64,000 nucleotides of DNA from Eledone cirrhosa (Eukaryota), in NCBI GenBank assembly GCA_964016885.1, contig OZ024741.1, forward strand, positions 11,098,001 to 11,162,000. The letters run 5' to 3'. Below are positions 27,905 through 41,822 of this stretch, in pieces. Both the position numbers and the translations under genes were made by a program. The first letter of the stretch is position 1, and each line of letters starts with the position of its first letter. The notes beneath the pieces were generated by a model, which saw only the letters and a list, made by a program, of their open reading frames with translations, did not search any database and was not told the origin of the DNA.

Positions 27905-28095
27905 TGGTTTCTAGGCACAAGGCCAACAATTTGGAGGGAGAGGAAAGTCGATTAAATCGACCTCAGTGCGTGACTGGTACTTTATTTTATCGACTCCGTA
28001 AGGATGAAAGGCAAAGCAAAGCTCGACGGGATTTGAACTCAGAACGTAAAAGGCGGTAACTCTATGCCACAAATGTCATTCCACCGCCAAGGATT
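27905..28095 (-). mobile_element. tRNA-derived SINE
   Basis: Reverse complement B box GAGTTCAAATCCC and shared body CTTTGCCTTTCATCC...GTCGATAAAATAAAGTACCAGT. Confidence 0.8.
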
Positions 28096-28138
28096 TAGAT
28101 CGATAGTGTAAAACTGGTTCTATCCTGATGTGTGTGTA

Positions 28139-28192
<54 letters not shown>

Positions 28193-28381
28193 TGTTCTAT
28201 ATATATATATATGTAACATGTTCGCTCTACATCGTTGAATACAATAAATGTATTCTGAGCTTTTCGAATATAAATAATAACATTCGATTCGTTTGCAATT
28301 ACACAAACAAGCCTCAATCTTATAGCCATGTCAGTAGAATGAACACTTCATTCTTGCTTTTGTGTTGGCATATAAACAGAA

Positions 28382-28425
28382 CTACAGACACTAATGTTTC
28401 TGGGTATCACCCTTCATCAGTACAG
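28382..28425 (-). ncRNA. Type I HHR (family C)
   Basis: CTGTA-CTGATGA-AGGG TGATA CCCA-GAAA-CATTAGTG-TC-TGTAG. Confidence 0.75.
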
Positions 28426-28798
28426 CTCACTGTTCACCTGCCAACTGTCAGAGCTAGTGAAAATATATGATATTTTCTAAAATATACAGTGACTGATTGG
28501 CCTGATTTGCATATCAGCAGACTGGCTGATCAGTCAGATCTGCATATTAGTAGATCCACTGATCATCCAGATTTGCATATCAGCAGACTGGCCAATCAGT
28601 TTCCTGTATACGAGCGATAAATGGCCGGCTTTGCCACATTCAAATAAAAATGTTTTGCTCTACATGGCTCAATACAATAAATGTAGTCTGAGTTTTTCGA
28701 ATAATAATAACATTCGATTCGTTTGCAATTATGCAAACAAGCCTCCTTTTTATAGGCATGTCATTAGAATGAACCCTTCATTCTTGCTCTTGTTCATG

Positions 28799-28840
28799 TG
28801 TACTGATGAAGGGTGATACCCTGAAACATTATTGTCTGCA
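28799..28840 (+). ncRNA. Type I HHR (family C)
   Basis: TGTA-CTGATGA-AGGG TGATA CCCT-GAAA-CATTATTG-TC-TGCA. Confidence 0.8.
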
Positions 28841-28973
28841 GTTCTGTTTACATGCCAACACAAGAGCAAGAATGAAGGGTTCATTCTACTGACATGGCTT
28901 TAAAAATGAGGCTTGTTTGCATAATTGCAAACGAATCGAATGTTATTATTATTCGAAAAACTCAGATGACATT

Positions 28974-29032
<59 letters not shown>

Positions 29033-29034
<2 letters not shown>

Positions 29035-29092
29035 TCCCGTTAAGGGTGAAAGCAGCGATTCTTTGCTTAAACTTTAATCTGTTATTTTAATA

Positions 29093-29094
<2 letters not shown>
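29033..29094 (+). mobile_element. Solo pLTR tip of family G (HHR lacking its 5' half) between two (TA)n runs
   Basis: Matches 38097-38159. Confidence 0.8.
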
Positions 29095-29145
<51 letters not shown>

Positions 29146-29549
29146 GTCAATACTCATATTTTTCCATTCCCGTTCAATTTTTCATTATACAATACACGCT
29201 CAGACGGCTTCCATACCTTTGGAATATAACTTAACTACCGGCTCAACCCCGATCTAATCCGCCGTGACCACTCTCTGAACTTTCCACACACCTTCCCACA
29301 CTTGCTCTTTCCTTGCACGCATTACCTTTGTTTGATTTTTTTACTGTACTTGTTTATTTCTGTATATGATTTTTTGCCTGTTTTTACAATTTTATTTCTA
29401 TGATTTTTTTGTCCACGATTGCCTGTGCTTTTACCTTTATGATTTTTTGTCTTTATTTTTCCTGTGTATACTCTCCCTTCCTTACGTTTTTCTGTTTCAT
29501 TTTCCCTTCCCCGTCTCTGCCTATCCTCCGCACTCACTCCTTCGTTCAA

Positions 29550-32386
29550 CCCCACCCCGCTTCACACACCTGCTTTCTCACCCCTCCCCCTGCTTTCACC
29601 CAACGCCCACCATGCCCAGCCTGAGATCCTTTCTCCACCAACTACACACCAGCCTCAAACTTTTCCTCACCCCCCTCCTCCCACCCTGCTATCTCCCCTC
29701 TGCCCTTCAACTCTCCTACCTTCTCTTCGCCAAAACCCGGCACTCCAGCCACATCCATTTCCTCAGCCACTGCCTCCGCCTCCACCTTATCCCCCTCGGC
29801 TTCCGTCTAAACTTCCACACTTCCCCCGCCGCTTCCCCCTCCACGCAACGTATCCTCACCCGATCCTCACGCCTCCTAATGCGCAACTCCATCCGTGACT
29901 CCCGTTTCACCCTCCGCCAACTTGACCACCAACTGACCCCCACCCTCCTCCGCCTTAACTCCACCTGCCACCCCCTCCTCGCCCAAGCCATCCTCTCCTT
30001 CATCCAAAACCTCAACCACGACCTCTTCTCCTTCCTCACCTCCACCAAAGCCCGCAAGCTACACTCACTCCTCCCAACCACCCCTATCACCACCACCCGC
30101 CCATCCCCATGAGCCCACCACTCTCCACCCCTCCCTCGAGCCACACCCCTACCCAATCTCCACCCTCCACCTAACCCCTCACCCCCTACACACCCAAACC
30201 CCACCACTTGTTGTCACCATACCCCCTGACCTCCCCCTCTCCGCACCTGAGCGCTCACTCCTTAGTAGAGGCCTTCGCTTCATACCCCACACTCCGCACA
30301 GCGACGAGTTCCGCACCCGAACGGAAGTCGAGCGATTCGTGCGACGCACGAAGCTACAGGCACATTTCGGCCGAACGCCACCGGCTCCGGACGCCCCAGA
30401 CCCGTTTCTCGCCCTGGGCCGACGACCATCTTCTTGGACGCCGGCCCCAGGGCAATTTAGCACCCTGGACGCGTTCGTCGATGCCAGCCGTAGCGCCGTA
30501 AATCGTTTCGACTTCCGCCACCGTTCCAAACGGAATAATATCTCACGGGGCGAACTCCTCGCTCTCCGCTCCCTCCGTAGCCGAGATGACATCGTCATCA
30601 AACCGGCGGACAAGGGAGGCGCCGTGGTGGTGTGGCGCGCGGACATCTACACGGCCGAAGCCCTCAGGCAAGCTCCGTAACCCCCTCTTCTACCGCCCTC
30701 TACCCTCCGATCCCACACCCCTCTACCAACAACAAGTTTCCTCCACCATCCAACACCTTGTCTCCTCCTCCCTCCCCCCCCACCGCTTCCCACCTCATCG
30801 TCCGCACCCCCCGCACCCCCACCATCTACTTCCTCCCCAAACTCCACAAACCCGACAACCCCGGCCGCCCCATCGTCTCCGCTTGCAACTGCCCCACCGA
30901 ACTCATCTCCGCCTTTCTTGACTCCATCCTCGCCCCCCCTTGTCACCACCCTCCCCTCCCACATCTCCGACACCAACCACGCCTTGCGCCTTTTCGACTC
31001 CTTCAGCTACCCACCCGGCCCACAACCCTTCCTCTTCACCCTAGACATCAAGTCCCTCTATACCGTCATCCCCCACGCCGACGGCCTACGCGCCCTCAAA
31101 CACTACCTCGACCTTCGCCCCTCCCCCATTCCCTCCACCCCACCCTCCTTCGCCTCGCCGAGCTGGTCCTCACCCTCAATTGTTTCTCCTTCTCGGGTGA
31201 GTTTTACCAACAGGTCACGGGGGTAGCCATGGGTACAAGAATGGGCCCAAACTATGCCAACCTTTTTGTTGGCCATGTTGAGGCCCAAATCTTTGCCCAG
31301 TACACCGGCCCCACGCCCGAAATGTACGGTCGTTACATCGACGACTGTATCGGAGCCACGACCCTCACCCGAGAACAGCTCGACTCCTTTCTCTCCTTCT
31401 TCTGCTCCTTCCACCCCTCCCTCCACTTCACTACCTCTATCTCCACCACCCACGTCCACTTCTTAGACATCTCCGTCGCCTTCGACCCCTCCCACCACTC
31501 CCTCGTCACCTCCGACTTCTTCAAACCCACCGACTCCCACTCTTAGCTCGACTTCACCTCTTTCCACCCCACACACACTAAACGCTCTATTCCCTACTCC
31601 CAACTCCTCAGGATCCGCCGCCTCTGTAGCCGAGATGCCGACTTTGAGTCCCAGGCCCTTTCCCTAGTCAGCCATTTCATCCGCAGAGGGTCTCCCCCTC
31701 TCTCGTCCACACCGCTCTCACCCGCGCCCGTGCTGTCCACCGCTCCACCACCCTCGCCCCACGCCACCGCACACCCACCCACCGTCTCCCCTTCCCCATC
31801 ACCTACCACCCCTCCACCGCACCAACCTCTGCCTCTTCCGACGCCTCCAGTCCGACCCCTCCACCTCCCACATCTTCCCAGCCCAACCACTCCCCTCCTT
31901 CAAACGCGCACGCAATTCCGCACCCTCCTCGTCCACAGCTCCCCCCCCCATCCCACGACCCCCCCCCGGTTCCTTCCCCAGTTCTAGGCTCCGCTGCAAC
32001 ACCTGTCCCCACATCACCAACACCACCACCTTCCAGGGTCCCAACGGCCACTCTCTCTCTCTGTCCGGCATGCCTTCCGCTGCACCTCCTCCAACCTAGT
32101 CTATGGACTTCGCTGCATGGAGTGCAGCGCGACTTACGTCGGACAGACTGGACGTCGCCTGGCGGACAGATTTACTGAGCACCTCCGGGATATTCGTCTC
32201 GGTGGTAGTTCCCCCATCTCCCGCCACTTTGGTGCCCCTGGACATTCCGCATGCCATCTCACAGTCTGTGGCCTACTCCAATGCCACGGAACACCCGCCA
32301 ATCTCCTAAGAGTTGAACAACGAACCATCTTCATCTTACAGACCCACACTCCCCCCGGCCTGAACTCACCACCCTTATTCCTTTAG
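29550..32386 (+). pseudogene. Extremely C-rich Neptune-like PLE ORF (RT, CxxC linker, GIY-YIG) with several frameshifts
   Basis: HFLSHCLRLHLIPLGF, IVIKPADKGGAVVVW, LDIKSLYTVIPH, GVAMGTRMGPNYANLF, RYIDD, FLDI, KPTDSH, CNTCPH, LVYGLRCMECSATYVGQTGRRLADRFTEH...PPGLN. Confidence 0.92.
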
Positions 32387-32389
32387 CTT

Positions 32390-33145
32390 TCGACCGCCCC
32401 CCTCCACCCACACATATCCCCCACTAACACCACTAACACACCCCTCCTTTTCACCGCCCACCCCACAACTAACAATACTAACACCTCCACTCCACCCCAC
32501 ATCAGACCACCCTTCCCCAACTAAAATACTTACATCCCTCCCTTCTTCCCCCCCCCCTCCTTATCACACGCACACACCCACCGGCACATATATACACGCG
32601 CTCACACTAAACACACACCCTACTACCACCACTAACCCTCACCCCCACACATCCACCCCACCACCCCGCAACTAACATCACTAACACCCCCTGACCCCAA
32701 GCACACGAACACACACACCCACTTACACCACCCACCCTACACGCAACTAACATCACTAACACCCCTCAACCCTACGCACACGTACACACACACCCTCTTA
32801 CACCACCCACTCTACACACCCTACCACCACTGACCCCCACTCACACCCGCATTCAACCCTTTCTCCACCTCCTGTATACTAACACCCACTAACACCCCCT
32901 TCACCAAACACACACACCAGTACACCACACTCCCTCCATCGACCCCCACACCCTTCTCTCCCCGCTCCACCCACACCCTTTCTCAAACACTCACTCATCC
33001 CACTAACACCTCTACTAATACACACACACCCCCTTCTCACTCCAAATTTCACACCTACCCATCCTCCTTCCCTTACCATTCTATCCTACTGCTGCTATGC
33101 CCTCTGACCACCTCCCCGCACACACAGACACACAACACACACTCA
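32390..33145 (+). repeat. C/A-rich low-complexity 3'UTR of the C-rich PLE
   Basis: Recurring CACTAACACC / ACACACCC motifs. Confidence 0.7.
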
Positions 33146-33146
33146 C

Positions 33147-33920
<774 letters not shown>

Positions 33921-33967
33921 CAATAAAAGATTCCAGGCCATATTTAAGTTGATTCAGATTTATTAAA

Positions 33968-34028
33968 AATCTGATATATATGTTTCGCTGAGGACTATCA
34001 GTTATGATAGCCTGAGCTTTTCAGACGG
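33968..34028 (-). ncRNA. Decayed type I HHR (family D)
   Basis: CTGAAAA-GCTCAGGCTATCA TAAC TGATAGTCCTCAGC-GAAA-CATATATA-TC; C3/A8 mismatch, stem I poor. Confidence 0.5.
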
Positions 34029-34237
34029 TAAAACCTATAAAACAATGGAAGTTCATAAAAAACCTTTAGAGCCAGTTTTAAACTACTCGATATTTAAATT
34101 ACTCGATATTTAGGATAGTAGAGTATGGCTATGTTAGAAAGAGTCTGGGCCCGACGGCTGAGCTCTTGCCGTTTCAACAGCTAGTTCCTGAGTCTGGAAA
34201 TAATGAATAAAAAATCTGTGTATCGAAATATGGCTCA

Positions 34238-34331
<94 letters not shown>

Positions 34332-34334
<3 letters not shown>

Positions 34335-35723
34335 ATGAAATATAAGAATCAAAGAACTGTTCAAAACATTATTGTGCTTACAGCTGTTTCCTCCAAACCG
34401 AGGTTTGGATTCTTCGGAGCAATTTATTAATGAATGGACAGTTATATGACCTCCTTTTCAGCCAAGAGACATACCGATACATATGCAAATATTGTGGGTC
34501 AACACTCATTACATCATTTAGAGTGGCAGTACACACTTCGAGATTACGTTCATATTAAAAGGTACAATCAAAAATCAAAGATACAGGTTAAAACACAACA
34601 TGAAGATAAGCGGTTATATAGTGCAAATGTTATATTTGTGGCAAGCACGTGCGTCTTATTTATATAGTGTGGCAGAGAGTTACGTGTAGTAGGAGCACTT
34701 AGGTAGGTAAACAAGAGTGTTAGGTTGGTTGATCTGGTGGCAAATTCTTTATATGATTGTTATAGCCTGTGTGTGGAGAAATGATATAAGCATTAAAAAT
34801 ATTAAAAGTATTAAAAGTATTGGAGATGCACAGCGAAGGGATGACAAGTACTTCATGTACTTCGACATTTTCATGGTCAGGGGAGTGTATTTTTCGATTA
34901 TATGCCCCTCACATAATCCACGACAATTCGATATTGAGCGTTTGACAATCCAGTTAGAGAATCGTAGTCTGGTGTTCTTTAGTTCAATACAGGAGGCTGT
35001 TACGTTTCGAGAAACGACATTGAATACCAATGTCGTTTCTCGAAACGTAACAGCCTCCTGTATTGAACTAAAGAACACCAGACTACGAATCTCTAACTGG
35101 ATTGTCAAACGCTCAATATCGAATTGTCGTGGATTATGTGAGGGGCATATAATCGAAAAATACACTCCCCTGACCATGAAAATGTCGAAGTACATGAAGT
35201 ACTTGTCATCCCTTCGCTGTGCATCTCCAATACTTTTAATACTTTTAATATTTTTAATGCTTGCACTATTTTTAATGCTTATATCATTTCTCCACACACA
35301 GACTATAACAATCATATAAAGAATTTTCCACCAGATCAACCAACCTAACACTCTTGTTTACCTACCTAAGTGCTCCTACTACACGTAACTCTCTGCCACA
35401 CTATATAAATAAGACGCACGTGCTTGCCACACATATAACATTTGCACTATATAACCGCTTATCTTCATGGTGTATTTTAACCTGTATCTTTGATTTTTTA
35501 TTGTACCTTTTAATATGAACGTAATCTCGAAGTGTGTACTGCCACTCTAAATGCTGTAATGAGTGTTGACCCACAATATTTGCATATGTATCGGTATGTC
35601 TCTTGGCTGAAAAGGAGGTCATATAACTGTCCATTCATTAATAAATTGCTCCGAAGGTTTGGAGGAAACAGCTGTAAGCACAATAGTGTTTTGAACAGTT
35701 CTTTGATTCTTATATTTCATATA
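34332..35723. mobile_element. 1.4-kb near-perfect palindrome: 5'-truncated PLE 3' end plus inverted copy (family E)
   Basis: Arms ~690 bp with 5-nt loop AATAC at 35023-35027; HHR near each outer end; ...RGLCEGHIIEKYTPL resembles a GIY-YIG C-terminus. Confidence 0.85.
34375..34421 (-). ncRNA. Type I HHR, U4C variant (family E); plus-strand partner 35647-35680 has a stem II deletion
   Basis: TGCT-CCGAAGA-ATCCAAAC CTCG GTTTGGAG-GAAA-CAGCTG-TA-AGCA; palindromic stem III ACAGCTGT. Confidence 0.75.
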
Positions 35724-35886
35724 ACTGCTCTGTAAATCATCTGATGTTTTTACATTGAGCTACTTAACTTACTGGTAATAAGGTAGTAATACATTACTGC
35801 CTACCACTATTTAGGGTTTGTATATAAAAAATACATATAACTGCTAAAAGTCTTTGTATTTACATAACCATAAATAGTATAATTAA

Positions 35887-35948
<62 letters not shown>

Positions 35949-36046
35949 CGTCCGAAACATTAAGACCATCTTCCGGCTATATCAAGCGTTAACCTAACAT
36001 ATACCTCCCATATACTCTACCGATTGTTTTGTTATATCTGTTTACC

Positions 36047-36218
<172 letters not shown>

Positions 36219-36250
36219 AGATCAAAAGATGGTTAAAGGAGTTCCATGTA

Positions 36251-36317
36251 TTTTATTATGCGCATTTCAAAAACAAACACCATCATGCAATAATATTTGT
36301 GTTTTCATCAGATAAAA
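36251..36317 (-). ncRNA. Type I HHR (family F)
   Basis: Reverse complement of 36445-36511 with 1 difference. Confidence 0.85.
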
Positions 36318-36444
36318 CTGGAGAACATGATATGAAGGCTAAAAAACACTTGTGGATAGTGCAGTTTTAAATCAACATAACATATGTTGATTTAAAACTG
36401 CACTATCCACAAGTGTTTTTTAGCCTTCATATCATGTTCTCCAG

Positions 36445-36511
36445 TTTTATCTGATGAAAACACAAATATTATTGCATGATGATGTTTGTTTTTGAAATGC
36501 GCATAATAAAA
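36445..36511 (+). ncRNA. Type I HHR (family F)
   Basis: TTTTAT-CTGATGA-AAACACAAATATT...GATGTTTGTTTTT-GAAA-TGCGCA-TA-ATAAAA; palindromic stem III ATGCGCAT. Confidence 0.85.
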
Positions 36512-36637
36512 TACATGGAACTCCTTTAACCATCTTTTGATCTTATATATTATGTATACTCCAGTCCTACAAACTGTAGAGTGCTTCTTATCCGATATCT
36601 GCATTGCTTTATTGTACTACAATAAAACTCACCTCCT

Positions 36638-36718
<81 letters not shown>

Positions 36719-36721
<3 letters not shown>

Positions 36722-36879
36722 CGAAGGAAATGTGGTAAGGAACCAGGTGGACCATAACGCACCAAAGTACTCAATACTTAGGGTAGTAGAGTGGGTAATA
36801 GGAACGAGTAGGACCCCGACGGCTGTCCAGAATTAGCCGTCGAAACGGCTTGAGCTCAACCGTCGGGGTCCTACTCGTT

Positions 36880-36884
<5 letters not shown>
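36719..36884. mobile_element. Fold-back pLTR fragment of family B in (TA)n
   Basis: 36719-36824 is the reverse complement of ~8560-8664; 36825-36884 matches 8526-8585. Confidence 0.9.
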
Positions 36885-36933
<49 letters not shown>

Positions 36934-36938
<5 letters not shown>

Positions 36939-38162
36939 TAAAATAACAGATTAAAGTTTAAGCAAAGAATCGCTGCTTTCACCCTTAACGGGATCTTCTG
37001 AAACTAACAAAGTCAATCTGTAAACGGAAATAAAAGACCATGTTACCTCTGCGCCGCTGTGGCCCTGGAAATACTCTACGCCACAGACCACATCTTAAAC
37101 AAAAAACTGAGGTAATTTCGGCTTGTAAACATAAATTGCACAAAACTTTCCTGTATTACAGCCCCACGTTATACCCTAACGGATAGTACGATCTATACGT
37201 GGATATTTTACGTCTTGATGTGGGAGCTAAGTATATGTTTTGTTTATGCCTTTACTTATTTGCATAGGTAAGTATATTTACCCGTATGTTTTGTGAAGGT
37301 ACGTATACCTTCTCGTACATATATTGATTGTTATGGCGTATAATTTTTTTATATATCCTGGTACATATCGTTCGGCTATGTGTATACTGGAGTTTTGCGT
37401 CTGTGTGAGTATGCAGGTTCGTACATATGTAGGGCGTGTGTATATGTGTACTTCATGTTTTGGTTGACTTACGTCACCGAACATTCGTGTATTTACATGT
37501 AGGTATGTGTGTGCGCTTGTTATATACGTAATTATTTATTTATATACGTCTATATAATTATTTATTTATTAGTATACACGCATACACACACACACATATT
37601 TATATGTGCGTGGTTTTGTTTACCTATGGTAAGTTTTTGCGTGTATGTATTTATTTATTTCTATTACTTCTGTATTGTATTTATTTACTTTGTTCTTAAC
37701 TCTGTAGCGGAGATTCATTCGGTCTCCTAGTTAGAATTTTAGTCTACGACTTCTGCTATACCTTTTACGTGGTTTTGTCTTTGCGTGCTATTGTTCTCCA
37801 CGCTCCACATATGACGTATTATCTTCGTTTTTTTCGTTCATTGCCAGAGAACGTCTCTATGCACCACCTAAGAGAACATTAGTCTACGACCTCTTTTATA
37901 CCATAAACGTGGTTCTGTCTTTGCGCGTAATTGTTTTTCACCGCTCCTATTAATGACATATTATATTCGTTTTTTCCCGTTCTTTGCCAGGGAAAGTTTC
38001 CACGAACCAAAGTATCGTCTTCCTGTCTTCCTCCGGTTGCAACGTTTTTTGAAATATCCAGTTCTGCGTTTACAGATTGACTTTGTTAGTTTCAGAAGAT
38101 CCCGTTAAGGGTGAAAGCAGCGATTCTTTGCTTAAACTTTAATCTGTTATTTTAATAAATAT
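36934..38162 (+). mobile_element. 5'-truncated Naiad-like PLE (family G) with inverted pLTR at its 5' end
   Basis: 37035-37165 translates RPCYLCAAVALEILYATDHILNKK/TEVISACKHKLHKTF (EN C-terminus); 36934-37026 is the reverse complement of 38068-38162. Confidence 0.88.
38088..38138 (+). ncRNA. Type I HHR, U4A variant (family G); minus copy at 36955-37005
   Basis: AGTTT-CAGAAGA-TCCC GTTAA GGGT-GAAA-GCA GCGATTCTT TGC-TT-AAACT. Confidence 0.7.
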
Positions 38163-38258
38163 TTGCTCTACGGTTCTTATATATTTGATATATATTTATC
38201 CTTATCGAGCCCTCTTTGGATTTTAGTCTTCAAATTTATTATTATTACTATATATATA

Positions 38259-38331
<73 letters not shown>

Positions 38332-38439
38332 GGTACCCGACCTCCCATGGGTACATGCTGAAGCATATAAACAATATGCCCCCACTCCCCCCACCGCAAG
38401 GTGGTCGTGGAGGTGCCACGGCAAAAAAGCACCCAGCCC

Positions 38440-38650
38440 ACACTGTAAAGTGGACGTGTAGGCGCCACGAAAAAGCACCCAGCACTCACTGTAAATGAGG
38501 TTGGTGTTAGGAAGGGCATCCAGCTGTAGAAATCAAGCCAGATCAGTTCCTGTATGAGCAAGGCATGGTCAGCCGACCAGACACTGCCCACAACAGGACA
38601 ACCCGTCTAACCCATGCTAGCATGGAAGAACGGACGTAAAACGGTGATGA

Positions 38651-38655
<5 letters not shown>
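38440..38655 (+). mobile_element. SINE 3' portion with (GAT)n tail
   Basis: GGTTGGTGTTAGGAAGGGCATCCAGCTGTAGAAA...AACCCATGCTAGCATGGAA...CGGACGTAAAACGGTGATGATGAT, recalled as typical of octopus SINE tails. Confidence 0.7.
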
Positions 38656-38696
<41 letters not shown>

Positions 38697-39313
38697 CCTT
38701 TTCATTTGGTTATTATGGCTCTAGATAAAATATATCGACCTTGCTTGTTGAGAAACACAAAATTCTAACATATTTTATATGTTTTGATTAATTATTTGTA
38801 TTTAAGGGCACCAAATCTATTAACGTGTTGAGCTCGGTGACTATAATCCCCCGCTCCTATTTCTAGCGGAGTCATCGTCCACGTTGTTGATATCTATTGG
38901 CCTTGGATTTAACGTGATTTCACCATGTGGTTTTCAGCATAACGGTCACGTTGGACATCATTGTGGATATCGGCAGGTATAGAGTCTTATTTACCATCTT
39001 CATTCTATATTTCCCTTAGAATGGTGAGACTAACCTCCGAAGAATACACCAGTCTCCAGTTTAATTATAATCGATAGTTTCTATTGGATGATCGATTATA
39101 TTGATGGAATTTTTCGATGATCAATTACATAGATTGATTTTGAGCTACACTCTCCGGGCATGAATAGAGCTATAAGGTTTCTGTTATGATTTCACCTGTG
39201 TACATATTCTTCTATAGAATATGTATTTGGTATATATGCAATATACCGTGTTTCTTATACGATATAGGGTTCTTTCTCCCAATATATATATACCTATATC
39301 ATTTTCATTTGGT

Positions 39314-39366
<53 letters not shown>

Positions 39367-39484
39367 GTATATATTGAGTATATGTTGGTTGTTTACCGAT
39401 GCCTCAGTATGCAGATTGGAGCACTCGATGAAGTACGCAGGTTGGTTTGTTTACTCCGGAGTAATGTAAAATAAGTAAGTCCAA

Positions 39485-39779
39485 GTTAAATTTGGCTTCG
39501 TTTATTATAAATTATAAATTCTCTGCTATATATATTTCAGTGACAGCTATTATTGGCTGTGGCCTCTTCAGGCAGTTCGAATTAATGTGGAAAAAACAAC
39601 ACACCCAGGAGCTGGAGATATCGATGAATTGACAGAGTGGAACACATTTCAACACCATGTTTACCTGTTTTTTCCACATTAATTCGAACTGCCTGAAGAG
39701 GTCACAGCCAATAATAGCTGTCACTGAAATATATATAGCAGAGAATTTATAATTTATAATAAACGAAGCCAAATTTAAC
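39485..39779. mobile_element. Inverted-repeat HHR mini-element (family H), ~114-bp arms and ~67-bp spacer
   Basis: GTTAAATTTGGCTTCG...CGAAGCCAAATTTAAC. Confidence 0.88.
39689..39741 (+). ncRNA. Type I HHR (family H); minus copy at 39523-39575
   Basis: CTGC-CTGAAGA-GGTCACAGC CAATAATA GCTGTCACT-GAAA-TATATA-TA-GCAG. Confidence 0.85.
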
Positions 39780-40084
39780 ATGTTGGGCTTACTTATTTTA
39801 TATATATATATATAAGATATACACACACACATTCTGTTCACTGTTTACGCGAACCTGAAGTTCGCGAATTCTATTTAACAGTCCTTGAAAAAAGTATTAT
39901 TAAATATGAACTTTGCGCGAATAAGGCGTTATAATGCGTGTGGTTTTTAATTTTTTACTTATCTGAATTTCGGGCTTGAATTACGCGAATTTGGTTCACG
40001 CGCCGCTTTCACGAACATACTGTATGTATATATATATATATATATATATGTGGGGGAGGGGTGATGTGTGTGTGTGTATGTGTG

Positions 40085-40171
<87 letters not shown>

Positions 40172-40196
40172 ATGTATATATATATATATATATATA

Positions 40197-40975
40197 TATG
40201 AAAGACGTAAAATAAGAAAATTTTAAAAATTAAAAATTAACTTACTTACTAAAATTTTCACTCCAACTAATTAGTTTCTGTAATGGGATAAATATAGTTA
40301 CATAATATATATAACTATAGAGAATTCATTACGTCATCAGGTAGTCTATTCTCAGCTAAGTTCCCAAGCAATGCGCGGACACTAGGAACCCATATAAAAA
40401 TAATAATTTAGTAGATGGAAAGAAGCTAGCGTGGACTAAATTCCGGAGCACTGAAAAAATTTCACTGCCTCTGGTCAGTGGCAGATTCGAAAGAATCAAT
40501 CACGTGACACCGAGGTTAATCAGTTAGGAGCGGGGTGGTATTATGACAAGAGCCTACTACTACCATGAAACAGCAGTAAATTTTGGCCAGTTTTGCTCAA
40601 CAAATAATTTGGAGATAAATATAGAGAATTAGTACATCTACCAACATATGTGTACAGATGTACACTCATGCTAGCAAATATATAAGTTATGTCTTAGTAC
40701 CTATGTGGTTCTATGCAGGTGAATGCAGAACAATTATATGAAAGACGTAAAATAAGAAAATTTTAAAAATTAAAAATTAACTTACCAGAAACTAATTAGT
40801 TGGAGTGAAAATTTTAGTAAGTTAATTTTTAATTTTTAAAATTTTCTTATTTTACGTCTTTCATATAATTGTTCTGCATTCACCTGCATAGAACCACATA
40901 GGTACTAAGACATAACATATATTTGCTAGCGCGAGTGTACATCTGTACACATATGTTGGTAGATGTACTAATTCT
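40197..40975. mobile_element. HHR mini-element, family I: minus 540-bp partial tandem plus inverted arm
   Basis: ATGAAAGACGTAAAATAAGAAAATTTT at 40198 and 40738; 40787-40975 is an inverted copy. Confidence 0.82.
40261..40344 (-). ncRNA. Type I HHR (family I) with long stem II
   Basis: CTAC-CTGATGA-CGTAATG...CATTACA-GAAA-CTAATTAG-TT-GGAG; palindromic stem III ACTAATTAGT. Confidence 0.75.
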
Positions 40976-40984
40976 CTCTCTCTC

Positions 40985-41027
<43 letters not shown>

Positions 41028-41032
41028 GTGTT

Positions 41033-41081
<49 letters not shown>

Positions 41082-41373
41082 CAAGTCACGTAGAATCTCC
41101 CTGAGAACTACGTTAAGGATATGCCTGTAGAATGTTCAGTGACTTATATACTACATTTATATAGTAGGCTATTCCGTTGACCGAACGCCTGGGACACTTC
41201 ACAAATTCACAAATTTGTGATTTCTTCAAATATTGGTATTTTCCAATAGTTGCTTCTTCCACAAATGAAACCATAGTAGGTAGATCAATATATAAGTGCG
41301 ATAGACTAAACAATTTTGGTGGCGTCTGTCTGGCTTATACTCCCATAGATAAAGTTTGTTTCACTTTAATTTT

Positions 41374-41478
<105 letters not shown>

Positions 41479-41822
41479 GAGAGAGAGAGTTGTATGGCTG
41501 CAATTAAATGCGTCTGTAGGCGGTATGCCGTTTGAGCACTCGATGTTCGCGCAGAGCAGAGTATATTATTGTGTTTTGATGCATTGCTGATTCCTCGTTA
41601 TCTATTAATTATATATATATATTATATTATATATATATATATATATATTATATATTATATATTATATATATATAATGAATTTAAATATTAATTTTTTCTT
41701 TCCTGCTGAAATGCTCATTTAATTGAAACCAGAATCCATCAATTTTACCCAGAACACATCTATCTATCTATCTATCTATCTATCTCTCTACCTATCTATC
41801 TACCTATCTATCTATCTATTAT

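Larger units (their letters stand above)
28220..28975. mobile_element. HHR-bearing PLE pLTR mini-element, family C: minus partial tandem (28220-28795) plus inverted plus-strand arm (28797-28975)
   Basis: AATACAATAAATGTA.TCTGAG repeated at 28238 and 28670; inverted copy follows; TA-rich flanks. Confidence 0.8.

Noticed and set aside
34717-35351. Two opposing 200-aa ORFs as a gene pair
   Set aside because: Mirror products of the palindrome; at most a short PLE EN C-terminal remnant is real
41495-41562. Twister ribozyme
   Set aside because: Superficial UAA...GC...GAG layout, but the conserved P4 loop and pseudoknots could not be built
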